Shown piece after piece: positions 36,266 to 49,422 of a stretch of DNA of 64,000 bases (positions within the stretch are counted from its first letter, which is position 1; the number at the start of each line of letters is the position of its first letter). Location of the stretch: the NCBI RefSeq assembly GCF_018350175.1, contig NC_058385.1, positions 60,574,001 through 60,638,000 of the forward strand, given 5' to 3'. Below the pieces are notes generated by a model, which worked only from the letters and a program-made list of their open reading frames with translations, ran no database searches and was not told the origin of the DNA. A program made the position numbers and the translations under genes. The stretch is from Felis catus (Eukaryota).

Positions 36266-37814
36266 CCAACGCCTATAGAAACACTTTCCTTCTACCCACC
36301 TCTTCTCTACCTGCCCCAGGCCCACACCCACAAACCAGTGATGGTCATCAACCTACAGCCTTCTCAGGGAGGACTGGAATTGTACCTTCCTTGTTCAGCT
36401 ATTGTTCTCATAACGTTTGCAAGAGAAATGCTATGGGGCAAAACAATCCTTGAATAACTGTCTCGGTTTATTTGCAATTTCAGTCCTGGCTCTTTTACAT
36501 CGCATTATATAAAGGCATCTTAAAGACACACTGCTGAGTTTATTTTTAAATGTCTTTATAGACACTTTCTTTAAAATAGAACACTTCCTTACGTCGTCCT
36601 TAACTGTGTCAGTCTTCCCATCGTCACCTTTATTATTTGAAAGCCCTTCGTCAAAGTGATGTTAATAAACAGTCCTGAGAGACAGTTTAGAGCCATCTAT
36701 TCCTCTAGAATCAAAGGAAATCAAATTTATTCTATTAATCCAGCCTGTGGGAGTTAATGGAGTCCCTTCATTCATCTTATCACAACTAGAAAGACTCACG
36801 GCGCCCCCATGCACAGATGACAAAACCACTTTCTCAGCTCCACCTCAGACCTGATCCCTCTTCCCACCACTGTCATTTTTTGGTTCATAGAGCCTTTCAC
36901 CAAGAACAGTCCTCCTTGATTATTCTCCGTGATTCATAACTAATCACTGGCACTGTACAAAGGAATGAAATATAAAGATTCATTGGAAAACATGGGATAT
37001 TATGTACCATTATATTTCTGTACCTTGAACATCATCAACTTTCTGGATTGATTGCATTTGGGTTTCCATTTTTAATACTAGCATTGCATGTACAGGCGGC
37101 ATAAAAATCTGTCGTTAAATGCAGCCTTAATCTGCACTCGCTAAGCGCACAACCCACCCACAGCTGGCTCAGTCTAGGGCACTACCTAGGCCCACTGACA
37201 TTCGGCTATGCTTCTGGCCTCCTCGGGTTGTGGAGGCCCCCACAAGGCACCTGCACGCTCCTAGATTCCCCAGGGCTCCAGGCTCCCGTGGGCTCCCGTG
37301 GGCCTGAGGAAATGGGGCAGGCGGGCGTGCCAAGCAGCCGGTTTTTATTCAGGCATTTGCCAGAAGGGAAATTGCTAAAATGTTTTAGGGCCCCCTCAGG
37401 AGAATAAAAATGTCACACTGCCTTTAGCTTTTATCCCTCAGCTAAAAATCAATGTTTTCTAAAAGAGAGAAGCTTTCAATACTCTTGTAAGGGTTTTGCT
37501 TCAGATCCAGCTTATATTAATTAAGCACATACTTTTGGCAAGTGTTTTAAATAACTTCATTCCCATAACAATCAGGTATCAACCATCTTCACCTTACATT
37601 TGTGGAAACTGAGCCTGAGGGACTAAATGGCCCCTGAAGGTCACACAGCCTCAGGGGCAGAAGTGGAATTTGCACTTGGTTCCTGGAATTCTCTGTTTGA
37701 TGTCCCATTTTATGTCGCTGTGTCTCACCATATTCTGATCATACATCTCCAGCAGGAGAGAGTTTAGGCTAAATGAAATACGCTATGGCTGAGTCCTACA
37801 TAGAACTGTCATGA

Positions 37815-38130
37815 TTCACTTACTCATTCTTTCAGCAAATATTAATTGAGAAACTACTGTGCACCAGGCACTCCTTTAGGTGCCAGAGATATAGCGGAGA
37901 TCAAAACAGACACACTTCCTGCCCTCGAAGAGTCTGACGCCTACTGTGGGTCACAGACCACAAACAAGATATGAGAAGTAAAATGCAGAGCGTGTTAGTG
38001 AGCAGCAAGTACTAAGGAGAAAACATAAAACATAAATTTGGGAAGTGAGATATGAAAGCCCAAAGGTTGGTAGGGGTGGAAATTTTCAGCAGCATGGACA
38101 GGGAAGGCCTCCCAGAGAAAGTCACTTTTT
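37815..38130 (-). mobile_element. L2 LINE 3' fragment
   Basis: tcattctttcagcaaatattaattgag...ctactgtgcaccaggcact...cctgccctcgaagag...gggaaggcctc. Confidence 0.75.
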
Positions 38131-39659
38131 GAAATACTTTTTGGCATCTCAGTTACATTCAATTATTTCATTGGTATTTGCCTTTCAGGATTGTTGTAAG
38201 GAATCCCATAATTTCATTTCTGGGAGATACGTTGTAAGAATCAACCTGATAATATTGATCAACTGTTCTATTATTTGCATATTAATTTTGCCCCAGCTGG
38301 TGACTTATGACACATCCAAGGACCAAAAACCGTGGCTGTGGTTTGGACAGTTCTTGGCCATTGCAGAGAATGCAGAGTAGATAAGCATGAGTCTATGAAT
38401 CAACCTTTCTACAGTCATACTCTGATGGCCCTGTTACCAGCTTGTAACTTTCAGCATGTTACACAACTTTTTGGTGCATTAGAAAAGTCTGTAAAATAGA
38501 AACATTATCAGTACTCACCACATAGGACTTCTATGAGGGTTACGTGAGTGCAATCTTGGACAAGTCTGCACTCAGATGGGGGTGCGGTATGTCACTTACA
38601 CACCTCATGTACACATACAAGTGTTAATTAGTGTGAGAGACATTACTCGTGATGACATATTCACCAGAAATAAAGAAGTAAAGATACCCATACGATCTTT
38701 TTTTTTTTTTATTAAAGAACACTGATGTGAGTATGGATCTGGTGTGGCAAATATCCAGCACTAAGGAAATGTTTTTAATTTAAGGTGTGAATATAAAATA
38801 AAAAAGCAGAGTTTCTTTAAAAAGAATTTTGAAGGCAATTCCATAACTATCTTGAAGCATAACTGACCTCAGATCAAGATGTTGAAAAATAACATGCATT
38901 GGGACACAGGTATTGTGTTGAGATGATTATTTTTCATTTGTAAAAAAAAAAAAAAAAAAAGGCAAACCCATCAGTGGTAGGGACTGCATATGACCATCAT
39001 CTGTGTATCCCTGGTCACCAGAGCAGACCCAGGAAGTGCCTGATGACAGCCGGTATCTGAGCATGGCAAGCCCACTCTTAGCTGTAGGTCTGTGGTTTCA
39101 GGCTCTGTTCCAGATTGCCCCAGGGCTTCACACGGATGCCTGGGGACTGTAACTGGGCAGTTACAGGACCCTGAAAGCAGTCCTCCAGCATCCTGCCTGT
39201 GCTCCGACTACCCCTGCACCCCTACTTTCATTGATCTTATATACTGGATCCCAGGGCAGAATTTGTTATTTTTTTCCTTAAATCCCACTGCTTAAAAAAA
39301 AAAAGTTTGAAATGTCTGAAAGCCATTATTTTATAACTAGCACATGGTTTTCATACTAGCATGCTTTCAGTACCCAGCCCAGTACCTGGTCCACGATAGC
39401 TATTCCATGACTATTTGCTAAGTGACTGGATTACAATGGAAAACTAGGATAAACACACAAATGTAGCTAGTGCAGAAATCAGCTCCATCCAATCTGAACC
39501 AGTACAAGCAGCTCTGGATTTAAATATTGTGCCAAAATAGACAAGATGGGTAAGGATAAGGATTTAGTAGATTTCGTTTACTTTTTAAATTACTGAATCC
39601 ACTCCGAATTTTAAGATGAGAGCAGCAATGTAACAGCAGATGAACAGAGAATTAGTTAA

Positions 39660-39892
39660 AAGAGGAGAGAGAAATACAGACTCTGAATTCTGTCAAATCT
39701 AGCCTGAACTTCCCTATTAGCTGTGTGACATTGAACAAAGGACTTAATCTTGCTAAGCCTCGGTCCAGTTGTAAAATGGGGATACTAACAGTATCTATTT
39801 TCTTGAGGTATTGTGCAGAAAAAATAAGATACTCCACAGAAAGTTCCTAGTACAGTTTGAGGCACATAGAGAGCATTCAGTAAATGTTAGCT
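39660..39892 (+). mobile_element. MIR SINE
   Basis: tagctgtgtgacattgaacaa...tgtaaaatggggatactaacagta...ggcacatagagagcattcagtaaatgttagct. Confidence 0.75.
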
Positions 39893-39893
39893 G

Positions 39894-39896
<3 letters not shown>

Positions 39897-39931
<35 letters not shown>
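39897..39931. repeat. (CA)n microsatellite followed by degenerate CA/TA tracts
   Basis: direct read; further CA/CATG tract at 40276-40370. Confidence 0.9.
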
Positions 39932-39933
<2 letters not shown>

Positions 39934-40469
39934 TACATATACACACACATACTATACACACACTATACATATATATATGCTATGTATGTACACATTAAGT
40001 GGATATATGTGTATTTATACATGATTATTAAAATTTTGAGGCTTAGACATAAAAACAAATACACATGCTATATATATCTGCACTAAATGAATATACATAT
40101 ACATATATATGTTTATTACAATTTTTAAACTAAGATATAAAAAAAATCATATAATCCTGTGATTTTAGCATGTATTTATTAGCAGCAGAACCCCTCATTC
40201 AAATATGTGGGAAAATCCCAAAGTATGGGGTCCTCTGGCTAAATCAAGAGGTTAGAAAGACCATTTCCCCTCATCCACACACATGTGCATATAACCACAC
40301 ATGCATGCGCACACACATGCACACACATACGTACATGCATGCATGCACACACACATATACATATACACACTGTGCCAACCCAACAAGCATCCTATGTCTT
40401 AATTTCTCTTACTATCACCCAACAAGACTCTAAGGCTCTTTGGAAAAGATTGATAAAGTCTAACTCTCA

Positions 40470-40709
40470 GGGCACCTGAGTGGCTCAGTCAGTTAAGTGT
40501 CTGACTTCTGCTCAGGTCATGATCACATGGTTCAGGAGTTCGAGCCCCACATTAGGCTCTCTGCTGTCAGCACAGAGCCCTCTTTAGATCCTTTGTCTCT
40601 CTCTCTCTCTCTCTCTCCCCCTCTCTCTGCCCCTCCCCTGCTTGCACTCTCTTTCTCAAAAATAAATAAACTTTAAAAAAAATAACCTTATTTTTAAAAA
40701 GTAATAAAA
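40470..40709 (+). mobile_element. Can-SINE
   Basis: decayed TSD ataaagtctaactctc / ataaaggctaattctc. Confidence 0.93.
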
Positions 40710-40906
40710 ATAAAGGCTAATTCTCTCATACGTCAACAGCATAAACAGACCCAGAAAAATGAAGGTCTGATGTCAATGGAATATCCAAAAATAACAACCA
40801 GTATTTCTTGAGTACTAACTCAGCATCAGGTACCATGCTGAGCAGTTTACCTACATGACCATAATCTTTTCAACAGCTTTGTGAATTAAGGATTGTTGTC
40901 ATTACC

Positions 40907-40909
<3 letters not shown>

Positions 40910-40952
<43 letters not shown>
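40910..40952. repeat. (CA)n microsatellite inside a reverse MIR (~40790-41035)
   Basis: direct read. Confidence 0.9.
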
Positions 40953-40953
<1 letters not shown>

Positions 40954-41809
40954 TAAATAAACTGACCAAAGTCTTAATGCTAGTAAGTGTAAAAGCCTGG
41001 ATTTAGGTCAGGTTTGTATGATTCCAAAACCTTAGCTCTATTATCTTCTGGAAACCTGATTCCCCATTTCATCAACTTTAGTCCTACCCTCATATTGTCC
41101 CAGAGCCTCTAGCTGATGTACTTCTTTTCATTTCAGAATATGAAACTCCATCTCTGATTCATAAAAGACTCAAGGTACATTTTCCATAGGTCTAATGTCC
41201 CCAACAGAGAATTTAAGTTGTATCTACCACAACAGCATCGTTGGAGTCAACTTAATCAGCCTATGTTAAGCATGATGTTTAAAAAATTGTTTTTGGAGAA
41301 AACGAAGTGACAAGAGGGTTGCCTGAAGTTTTTAGCTTTCTCCTGGCCATTTTGGTTTTGTTCCAGAACAGCTCACTCTCTAAGAACCAACAGCACATTC
41401 CCCCAACTTGTAGAGAGGACTTCTGTGATCAAATCTGCAGTGAGTGGCCCCAGCAGTCTTGAAGATGGAGTCATCTGGTTGATTTCTGTGCGTGTTCCCT
41501 TCCTGTGAGCCCCAATAAAATAGACATTTGCTACCATACTTAAAATTCATTACTGATCATGGAAGCCAACAAAGGCATAAGTGATTTTAAAGCAAAAGTA
41601 CCACTGTGATATTGGGTTTTCCTGAATGAATAACACTGTTGGCAATAGATATCCTTGACTCTTTGTGTTTCATAACTCTTGCAGGCAGCTATGACAACTA
41701 ATCATTTCAGTCATTCATTTATTAAGAATTTTAAGCACTTACTCTGTGCCAGGCATGAACAAGAAACAGAATATTAACTTTTTAAATAAAAATATTTTTA
41801 TTACTTTAG

Positions 41810-41982
41810 TGTCTTCCAGGGTCCAGGTACTATCCTAAGTGCTTTTCAGACATTGTTTCATTTAACTCTCAAAACAGGGAGCTTGGAAATGTTATTACCC
41901 CTGGTTTACAGATGAGGAAACAGAGAATTATCAAGTTAAGTAATTTTCTCCGAATCCCACAATGATGCAGTAACAGAGCTGG
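41810..41982 (-). mobile_element. MIR SINE
   Basis: ccaggtactatcctaagtgcttt...tttacagatgaggaaacagag...cagagctggga. Confidence 0.75.
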
Positions 41983-42167
41983 GAAACTTTGAGTTGGAAT
42001 GGGATTTTTGGTGTTTACTGAATGACCTCAGTGACATAGGCCTCTTTAGGATTGTTGCTTTTGTTTGTTTTGTTTCTGTTTCTGGTTTGTTTTTTTTGGG
42101 GGGGGGCAGTTGAGATATGGTTAGAGATTTTGTCCTCCAAGAAGCTTTCAGTTTAATTTTGTAGAGT

Positions 42168-42381
42168 ACTGGTTCTCAAGTGGGGAAATTTGCCTCCAAA
42201 GACCTTCAGCAATGTCTTAGACCACTTTTTATTTTCACAGTTGGGTTGGGGGAGATGTTGATTGCATCTGGTAGGTTGAATCCAGAGATGCTATTAAACA
42301 TCCTACAATACAAAGGCCATCCCCACACAACAAATATTTGCCTGGTGCAAAATGTCAGTAGTGCTAACATTAAGAAATTTT
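42168..42381. mobile_element. MER20 MITE
   Basis: tggttctcaagtgggg...tttgcc...gcaatgtct...ccagagatgctattaaacatcctacaat...caaaatgtcagtagtgc. Confidence 0.8.
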
Positions 42382-42952
42382 AGATAAGATAAGACAACTT
42401 AGATAAGACAACTCATGAAAAACTAAAATCAATCCATAATGTACAATTATGTTAAGGCACTGAGAGGAATCAAAAGGCTGGATTATGGAAAATGGTTCAA
42501 AGAGGAAAGCTTTAGAGTACAAGATCTAGAATACAAGCTTCATCTTTGGACCAACCTCTATTTAATTCCAAGTCTGCCCTTAACAAATCACATAACTGTG
42601 GCAGAGTCTCAATCTCCTCATCTTTAAATGGAAATAAAAATACTGATGTTACAGTAATATTATAATAATTGACACAAAGCCTACGTTGTCCCTATTACCC
42701 CAAAAGTGGTAGCCATTCTGAAAGATTTCACTTTTTTAAGTTACAGATGATGTCAAAGTGCCTAAAACAATTGGACTGGGTTTAAAATAATGTGGTTATT
42801 TCAATGATGTTAATACTGTAACATGTCACTACATCATCTCCCCGGCTGGTTGTTGCACAAACCATCACATTCCTGGACATGACCAGAAAAGGAGTCAAGA
42901 TTCCTGCTCTCTCACCAATGCTTTTGGCTCCTTCATGTTCTTGGTAAATAAT

Positions 42953-43553
42953 TTCTATACACTGGATGTTTGTGTCCCTCCACCCCAGATTCATTTGTTA
43001 AAACCTAATTCTCAATGGGATAATATTTGGATGTAGGGGGTGATTAGGTCATGAGGATGGAGCCATCATCAATGGCATTAGTGCCCTTATTAGAGATGCG
43101 ACAGTGCTCCCTGACCTACTTTCACCATGTGAGAATATAGTGAGAGGACAGCCCTCTGTGAACCAGGAAGCAGGCCTTCCCCAGACACTGAACGTGCCGG
43201 GGCCTTGATCTCTGACTTTCCACCTCCAGAGCTATAAGAAATAAACACCTGCTGGGGCACCTGGGTGGCGCAGTCGGTTAAGCGTCCGACTTCAGCCAGG
43301 TCACGATCTCGCGGTCCGTGAGTTCGAGCCCCGCGTCAGGCTCTGGGCTGATGGCTCAGAGCCTGGAGCCTGTTTCCGATTCTGTGTCTCCCTCTCTCTC
43401 TGCCCCTCCCCCGTTCATGCTCTGTCTCTCTCTGTCCCAAAAATAAATAAACGTTGAAAAAAAAAAAGAAAAAAAAAAAAGAAATAAACACCTGCTATTT
43501 GTAAGCCACCCAGCCATTCAGGGATTCTATCACAGCCCATGTAGAACAAGACA
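42953..43553 (+). mobile_element. MLT1A0-like MaLR solo LTR interrupted by a SINE
   Basis: actggatgtttgtgtccctc...gtgattaggtcatgaggatggagcc...gaaccaggaagcaggcc...taagccacccag...aagaca. Confidence 0.88.
43254..43478 (+). mobile_element. Young felid Can-SINE
   Basis: perfect 18-bp TSD aagaaataaacacctgct at 43236-43253 and 43479-43496. Confidence 0.97.
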
Positions 43554-44774
43554 CTAACTTCTCTATTTTAGGCCACTACACAATTCCTGAGGTGAACAAT
43601 TCCAAGTATCCTAAGTGATTTAAAAAGTCAGTAACATACTGACAATTTTAATGGGCACACTGAAAGCCGACACATTTTTATGAAAACAACCTGTTCTTAC
43701 CTGTCCTTCTCCTTTCTACCCTTTCCCTGAACCCATATGTGGTGCAACATGTCGTTATGCAAGCCAGGGGTCAAACTGCCCAACTGCCTCTAACAAGAAG
43801 ATTTGTATCTTTAGAGGATCCACAAGAGTGAGCCTGAAGCCAACCAGGATGAGCACAGAACTCTGGAAAGATTCAGGCCCACATCAGTCTGAGTCCAAAG
43901 AGTGGGATGGGACCAGGTTCTGGGGCTCAGGATGGGGTTTAGGGGACCTGAAGTGCTGGCAGAAGCCAACAGGGTCTCACTGGGACCCAACAGGTCAACA
44001 GTCAACATTTCTTTTTCTGAGAACCTTGAAATAGTCCCACTTCCCTGAGGAAAAAAGAACTGCAATGTCTGGGAACTGCTTATGAAGAACTTTGGAAATA
44101 GTCCCCCTAGGTCAGTCTAGTCTGACCACGCTCTCTGCTCATCCAAAATGGTGGCTGGCCCTTGATAAAGCAGTGGACGGGTTTCCATCACTCTCAGATG
44201 CCCACACACACGGCTCGGCAGGGCCTTGCTTCACCATAGCCTTGCACCGCCTCATCCATCACCAGCGTAGAACCTGCTTGGGCCAGGCTTCACACACAAG
44301 GCCCTGCTCCTCCGCCCAGGCCTCTGCCCACTTGGCTTGAAGCACGTTTGGTCCCTTTGTATAAAACGCTTTCTGAGACTTGCCATTTCTATGTGCTACA
44401 ACATTTCTATCATATCAAAAGTGGGTTTTGCCTCTCTTTCCATTGAAAAGGAAAATCTCCTACGTTACAAGTGCTCCTGACACAACCTTGTTCTCTCATT
44501 GTCTACAGTGAAAAGAACAGTAAAATCAGAGAAGCAAGTTTCTCTCTAGGAATGAATGAGCTTGACCACGTTACAACACTTTTCTCCGTGAAGTGTAGAA
44601 AAATGTACCTACCTCAGAGGGTGGCTCTGAAGATTAACTAAAGAGGTGAAATAATATTTTTCAAGTTCCTTGCCTAATGTCTGGCGCTTTGAAGGCATTC
44701 AATAAACAGTGGCTGCAGTTGCTATTATTAGGATTATTATTGTGGTTGTTCAGTTTCCTTATCTGTAAAAATGC

Positions 44775-45705
44775 ATGTTCAATCATTCAATCAACACCAA
44801 ACTATGCTCCAGCAATACAGTGACAAACAAGACAGACAAGGTTCTTGATGTCATGGAAACTTCTTCCGACAGCCAGAGACACAGACAATGATCAGGTGAA
44901 TGAACAACATAATTTTAGAGAGTGGGAATTGCTATGAAGAAAAACACAGCAGTGAATCGGAGAATGGCTGGTTGAAAATGGGAAACTACCGTAAATTCTA
45001 TAATCAGAGGCAGGTTTCCCTTACAACAACAACAAAAAAGCATTTGTACTGAAAAGTGAAGAGCAAGGAGGATCAGCCAAAGAAAGAATGGGGGGCAGAG
45101 GGTTCCAGGCAGAGAAAACAGCAAGCTCAAAGTTCCTGCAGTAAGAACACACTTGAGGAGTTAAAGACAGGAAAGAATGTGAGTGTGACTGCAGAACAGT
45201 GAGGAAGGGGAGAGTGGCTGAGATAAAGTCAGAGGAGCAGGAGAGAAGTCCTACAGACTAGGCTAGTAGACCATGGCAAGGAACTTGGATTTTATTCCAA
45301 GTGCAGTGGAAAGCCATAGGGAGTGTTTAAGTAGGGAAGTGATGAGCTTTGAATCGCAATTTTAAAAGATAATTCAGGGGAGCATGGGTGGCTCAGTCGG
45401 TTGGGCATCCGACTTCGGCTCAGGTCACGATCTCACTGTTCGTGAGTTCGAGCCCCGCATCGGGCTCTGTGCTGACAGCTCGGAGCCTGCAGGCTGCTTC
45501 AGATTCTGTGTCTCCCTCTCTCTCTGCTCCTCCCCTGCTTGCACTCTGTCTCTGTCTCTCTCAAAAATAAATAAACGTTAAAAAAATTAAAAAAAAAAAA
45601 AGGTAATTCAAGCTTTAGACTCCACCAGAAGAGGGCAAAAGTGAAAGTGAAGAAGCACCATTAGAAAGCTAATAATGCAGTGACCAAGGTTGAGATGATA
45701 TGGCC
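44775..45705 (-). mobile_element. L2 LINE 3' part interrupted by a SINE
   Basis: cattcaatcaac...aacaagacagacaagg...gttccaggcagagaaaacagcaag...ttggattttattccaagtgcagtggaaagcca. Confidence 0.8.
45377..45597 (+). mobile_element. Can-SINE
   Basis: TSD aaaag(a/g)taattca at 45364-45376 and 45598-45610. Confidence 0.95.
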
Positions 45706-46369
45706 TGCAACACAAACGCTTCTCTCCTTCTCCAGGCTTCTCTGAAGAATAAGTGAGAGAACATAAATGCACCTGGGACAATCCCTTGCACAGAGAGGAT
45801 GCTAACTATAAATATTTTCATTCTCTTCTTTCACCTCCGTTCTATAGCAGAGACTCTAAATCCACAAAGAACTCTAAGAGGCAGACATAATGCATGGAAC
45901 TGTGAATGCCAGAGACTTGAATCCTCATCAACTGAATGTTGATACAACAACATTATAATAAGGCCGAGCAAATGCCAATTTAAGCCTGGTACATATTGCC
46001 TTGTGTTGCCATTTTGTGAGAAGTCCAAAAACTATTATGCTTGAACATTGTAAACTCGTTTTTTAAAAAAAGGAGCAGAGGGACCATAATGTGTTTTGAA
46101 TTCACAATCTAGGATCACCATTCTCCTCCGGTCCAAAGAGAAGATTAAAAAATTTCCAATTTAAAACCAGACCAGATCTGTCTTGCAATTAATGCTGAAG
46201 GCACAATCCGGCTGTCTTGAATTAAAGCTGCATGCTTTGCTGCTATCAGCTAATGGATACTATAAAGGGTTTGTTGTAAAATAAGTGCAAGGAATACATG
46301 TTAATTGTAATTCAGATGAGGGATAAGACGGGTGAGTGGTGCTGGTGGAGCTCTGGATTAGAGCACTCG

Positions 46370-46630
46370 CGAGGAGTCAGGAGACAGAAGGCGACATCAC
46401 GTAACACTTCAGGATCTGGGTTCTGAAGAATGACTCCTGGGAGTGAATCCGTCCTTCCCTCGGTATTCTCAGGTGTGTGCGACCTTGGCGGGGAGTCTCT
46501 TCATCTCCCTAAACACCAGTCTCTTCATCTGTGGACTATGAAAAATAATAATACCTCTCTCATCAGCCTGTGGTAAAAATTACACATGATCATCTATTTA
46601 AAGTGTTTAGCATGATGTTCGCATAAGGTT
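46370..46630 (+). mobile_element. MIR SINE
   Basis: gtgtgcgaccttggc...cagtctcttcatctgt...aataataatacctctctcat...taaagtgtttagca. Confidence 0.6.
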
Positions 46631-46804
46631 TAAAGAAATACCAGCTATCTTTACTACCCTCCAGTACCCTGAGGCTCAGCTGAAGGAATTGGAAATGTTT
46701 ATTCAGGAATTGGGAAGGCTGAGCGTGTAATTTAGATTTTTACGATGGAAAGGGCCATGATGTGTTGAATCCTCAAGGGCTAAGATGCTAGGCCAAGGGT
46801 TTAT

Positions 46805-47368
46805 ATTTTACAGAGAGGAAAAAAAATGCAGCCCCCAACATTCAGAAGCTGGCCTGGCACTCCCAGCCAGGCCTTGTGAGCCTCCTATTAGGAGACCATA
46901 TCTCACCACCTCACAAAATACCAACCTAAGACAATGTTGCTCTGAGACCATGATGAAATGACACAAAGCAAAACCACCTGATAAGTTTGTCCAAACACAG
47001 ACACAAGCAAAGCCACTGTGCCGTGTGAAAATACCAAACACCTCCTCTCTCCCCAAATGAATGCCTGCTATGTGGTCACCAATTACAGCTTTATACTCAG
47101 GCTGGTTCCACTCCCTGCAGATAAGCTTAACTGAGACACACAACCATAGAATTGCCTCTGCTTTCTGACGGTATCTAATCTAGAGCAAACCCTTCCCTGC
47201 ATCACCAGCCCAAAGCCCAAATTCTAGAACAGGTTCTTTCTAATGCCTTCTTTATGAAACATCCTATACTTGCTATACGATGTATGTTCTTCTCCACTGC
47301 AATGGATAACAAATCCAACTTGTTTGACCACGGGTGTTTTCCCAGGGATCTTCAGCTGAACTGCATGA
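46805..47368 (+). mobile_element. MER74-like ERVL solo LTR
   Basis: tgcagccccc...gctggcctggcactc...ctctgagaccatgatg...aaaataccaaaca...accaattacagcttta...catagaattgcc...ccaacttgttt. Confidence 0.75.
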
Positions 47369-47783
47369 ATCCTTAAGCAACTCTGTAAAGCATGTATCTC
47401 TATTAGACAGCAGAGGAAACCGAGGTTCAAAGCAATTAAGTAACTTGCCCAAGACCCTCCACATAGCAAATAACAGCAATAGACTGGAAGTCAGGTCTGT
47501 CCCAGAGCAAAGCCCAGGCTTCTAAACGCCCAGTTTCACCCTGGTCTTCAAAGGTGACCACGCTTTGGGTACAGTCCAATGGATGGCTGAACAAGAAAAA
47601 ATTGTCAAGAAACCACAGGACTGATTCCATGGGGGCTTCTTAATAGGAAAAGGGGGCCATAAGTGTTGGAAGGGGGAATTATTTTTCCCACCAATGGAAG
47701 ATTATTCTTTTTAATTAAAATATATTAAGATGATATAAAGAAGGTAGAGGCAGAGACATTCTGACTTTAGAAAAGGTCAAGCA

Positions 47784-47980
47784 GGGGGACCTGGGTGGCT
47801 CAGTTGGATAAGTGTCCAACTTCAGCTCAGGTCATAATGTCTTGGTTTGTGAGCTTGAGCTTTGGTTTGTGAGCTCTATGCTGCCAACTCAGAACCTGGA
47901 GCCTGCTTTGGATGCTGTGTCTTCCTCACTCCCTTCTCCCCACCGCATCTGTCTCAAAAATAAACAAACATTCAAAAAAT
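47784..47980 (+). mobile_element. Can-SINE with internal 14-bp duplication
   Basis: TSD ttagaa(a/g)aggtcaagca at 47767-47783 and 47981-47997. Confidence 0.92.
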
Positions 47981-49169
47981 TTAGAAGAGGTCAAGCAACT
48001 GAGAAGGACAGGTTGGGGGAGAGAGGACACTGTCAACACTCTATAACTCTGTTCTGTTATTGATTCAGAAATAATGGTCTATAACTGAATGGTACTTATA
48101 TTGGGAATGAAGATATGGAAAGCGTTATGAGTGATATTATCCTCTAAATGATTGGAGGTATTTCACATAAACAAGAAATCATTATTTTTACATTTCAAAT
48201 TTATCTTAGTAATTGGATGATATAAGATTTGGTTTAATTATTTTCAGGCAGAAAGGGAAAAACTGGCAAGTGAACATTTAATGGAGAAAATATATAGCTT
48301 GCACAATTTAAAAATAAAATCTAACAGTTTGCATGCTTAGCACCTTTCACGCAAGAATTTCAGAGCGTGTTGCAAAAATGAATTACACCGCCGTCCCTTC
48401 CCCCCACCATGCCTGAAGATGCTTTCTTTTACAACTGTAAGGAAAAGCTCATGAAAGCATGACAAATCTTGCATGCCCAGGGATGTAGGGGTATGCTCTG
48501 AGTTGAAAGGAAGGCTTGGGTTGATCTTTTAAACAGGAGCCCACTCATATACATCAGCCAGTCTCCAGAGAAGCAAACCCCCTCCTTTTGGACCTGCTCT
48601 CCTCCCCTCTCCCTATGCCTGCCTGAGTCACTTCATCCCCTTCTGTCCTCCTGTCGGACCCCACGTCTTCTTTCCCTCAACTCAGGAAGTCAGTCTTTCA
48701 GTTATATCTGGTTTCCTTTGAATAGTCCCCTGAGAAATGATGGGGAAGGAGAAGTTTAACAGGGGAGGTAGGCTTTGACAATCACGTCTCTGGAGAGGGC
48801 ACCTACAAGATAGTCAGACTTTCATGTGACCACATAGGCTTCACCTTAGCGGTCAAGGAAGACTTCATTTAGAAGGTGATGTTTGAGCAAAGATTTGAAA
48901 GAAGTGAGGAAGCAAGTGAAGGAAAGAAATATTCCTAGGTAGATGGAATACAGGAATAAAGGTCTTGAGCCAGGAGGATATCCAGAGTGCTGGGCTGTGG
49001 CTGACCAGGAGAGAGTAGGGGCAGAAAAGTAGCATGCAGAGAGCTCAATGTGGAACAGGAGTGGACAGTTTGGGTAAGGTCTTGTGGGTCACTATAAGGA
49101 CCTTGGCCTTTCTTTTGCATCATATGCAGAGCCACTGGAATTTTTTTTGAACAAGAATAACATCATCTT

Positions 49170-49422
49170 AAAATTTNNNNNNNNNNNNNNNNNNNNNNNN
49201 NNNNNNNNNNNNNNNNNNNNNNNNNNNNNNNNNNNNNNNNNNNNNNNNNNNNNNNNNNNNNNNNNNNNNNNNNNNNNNNNNNNNNNNNNNNNNNNNNNNN
49301 NNNNNNNNCCACACTGTCAGTGCAGAGACCAATGCAAGGCTTGAACCCATGAACCGTGAGATCATGACTGGAGCCGAAATCAAGAGCTGGATGCTTAACC
49401 GACTGAGCCATCCAGGTGTGCC
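49170..49422 (-). mobile_element. Can-SINE, 3' part hidden by N block
   Basis: gcttgaacccatgaaccgtgagatcatgac...gcttaaccgactgagccatccagg. Confidence 0.9.
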
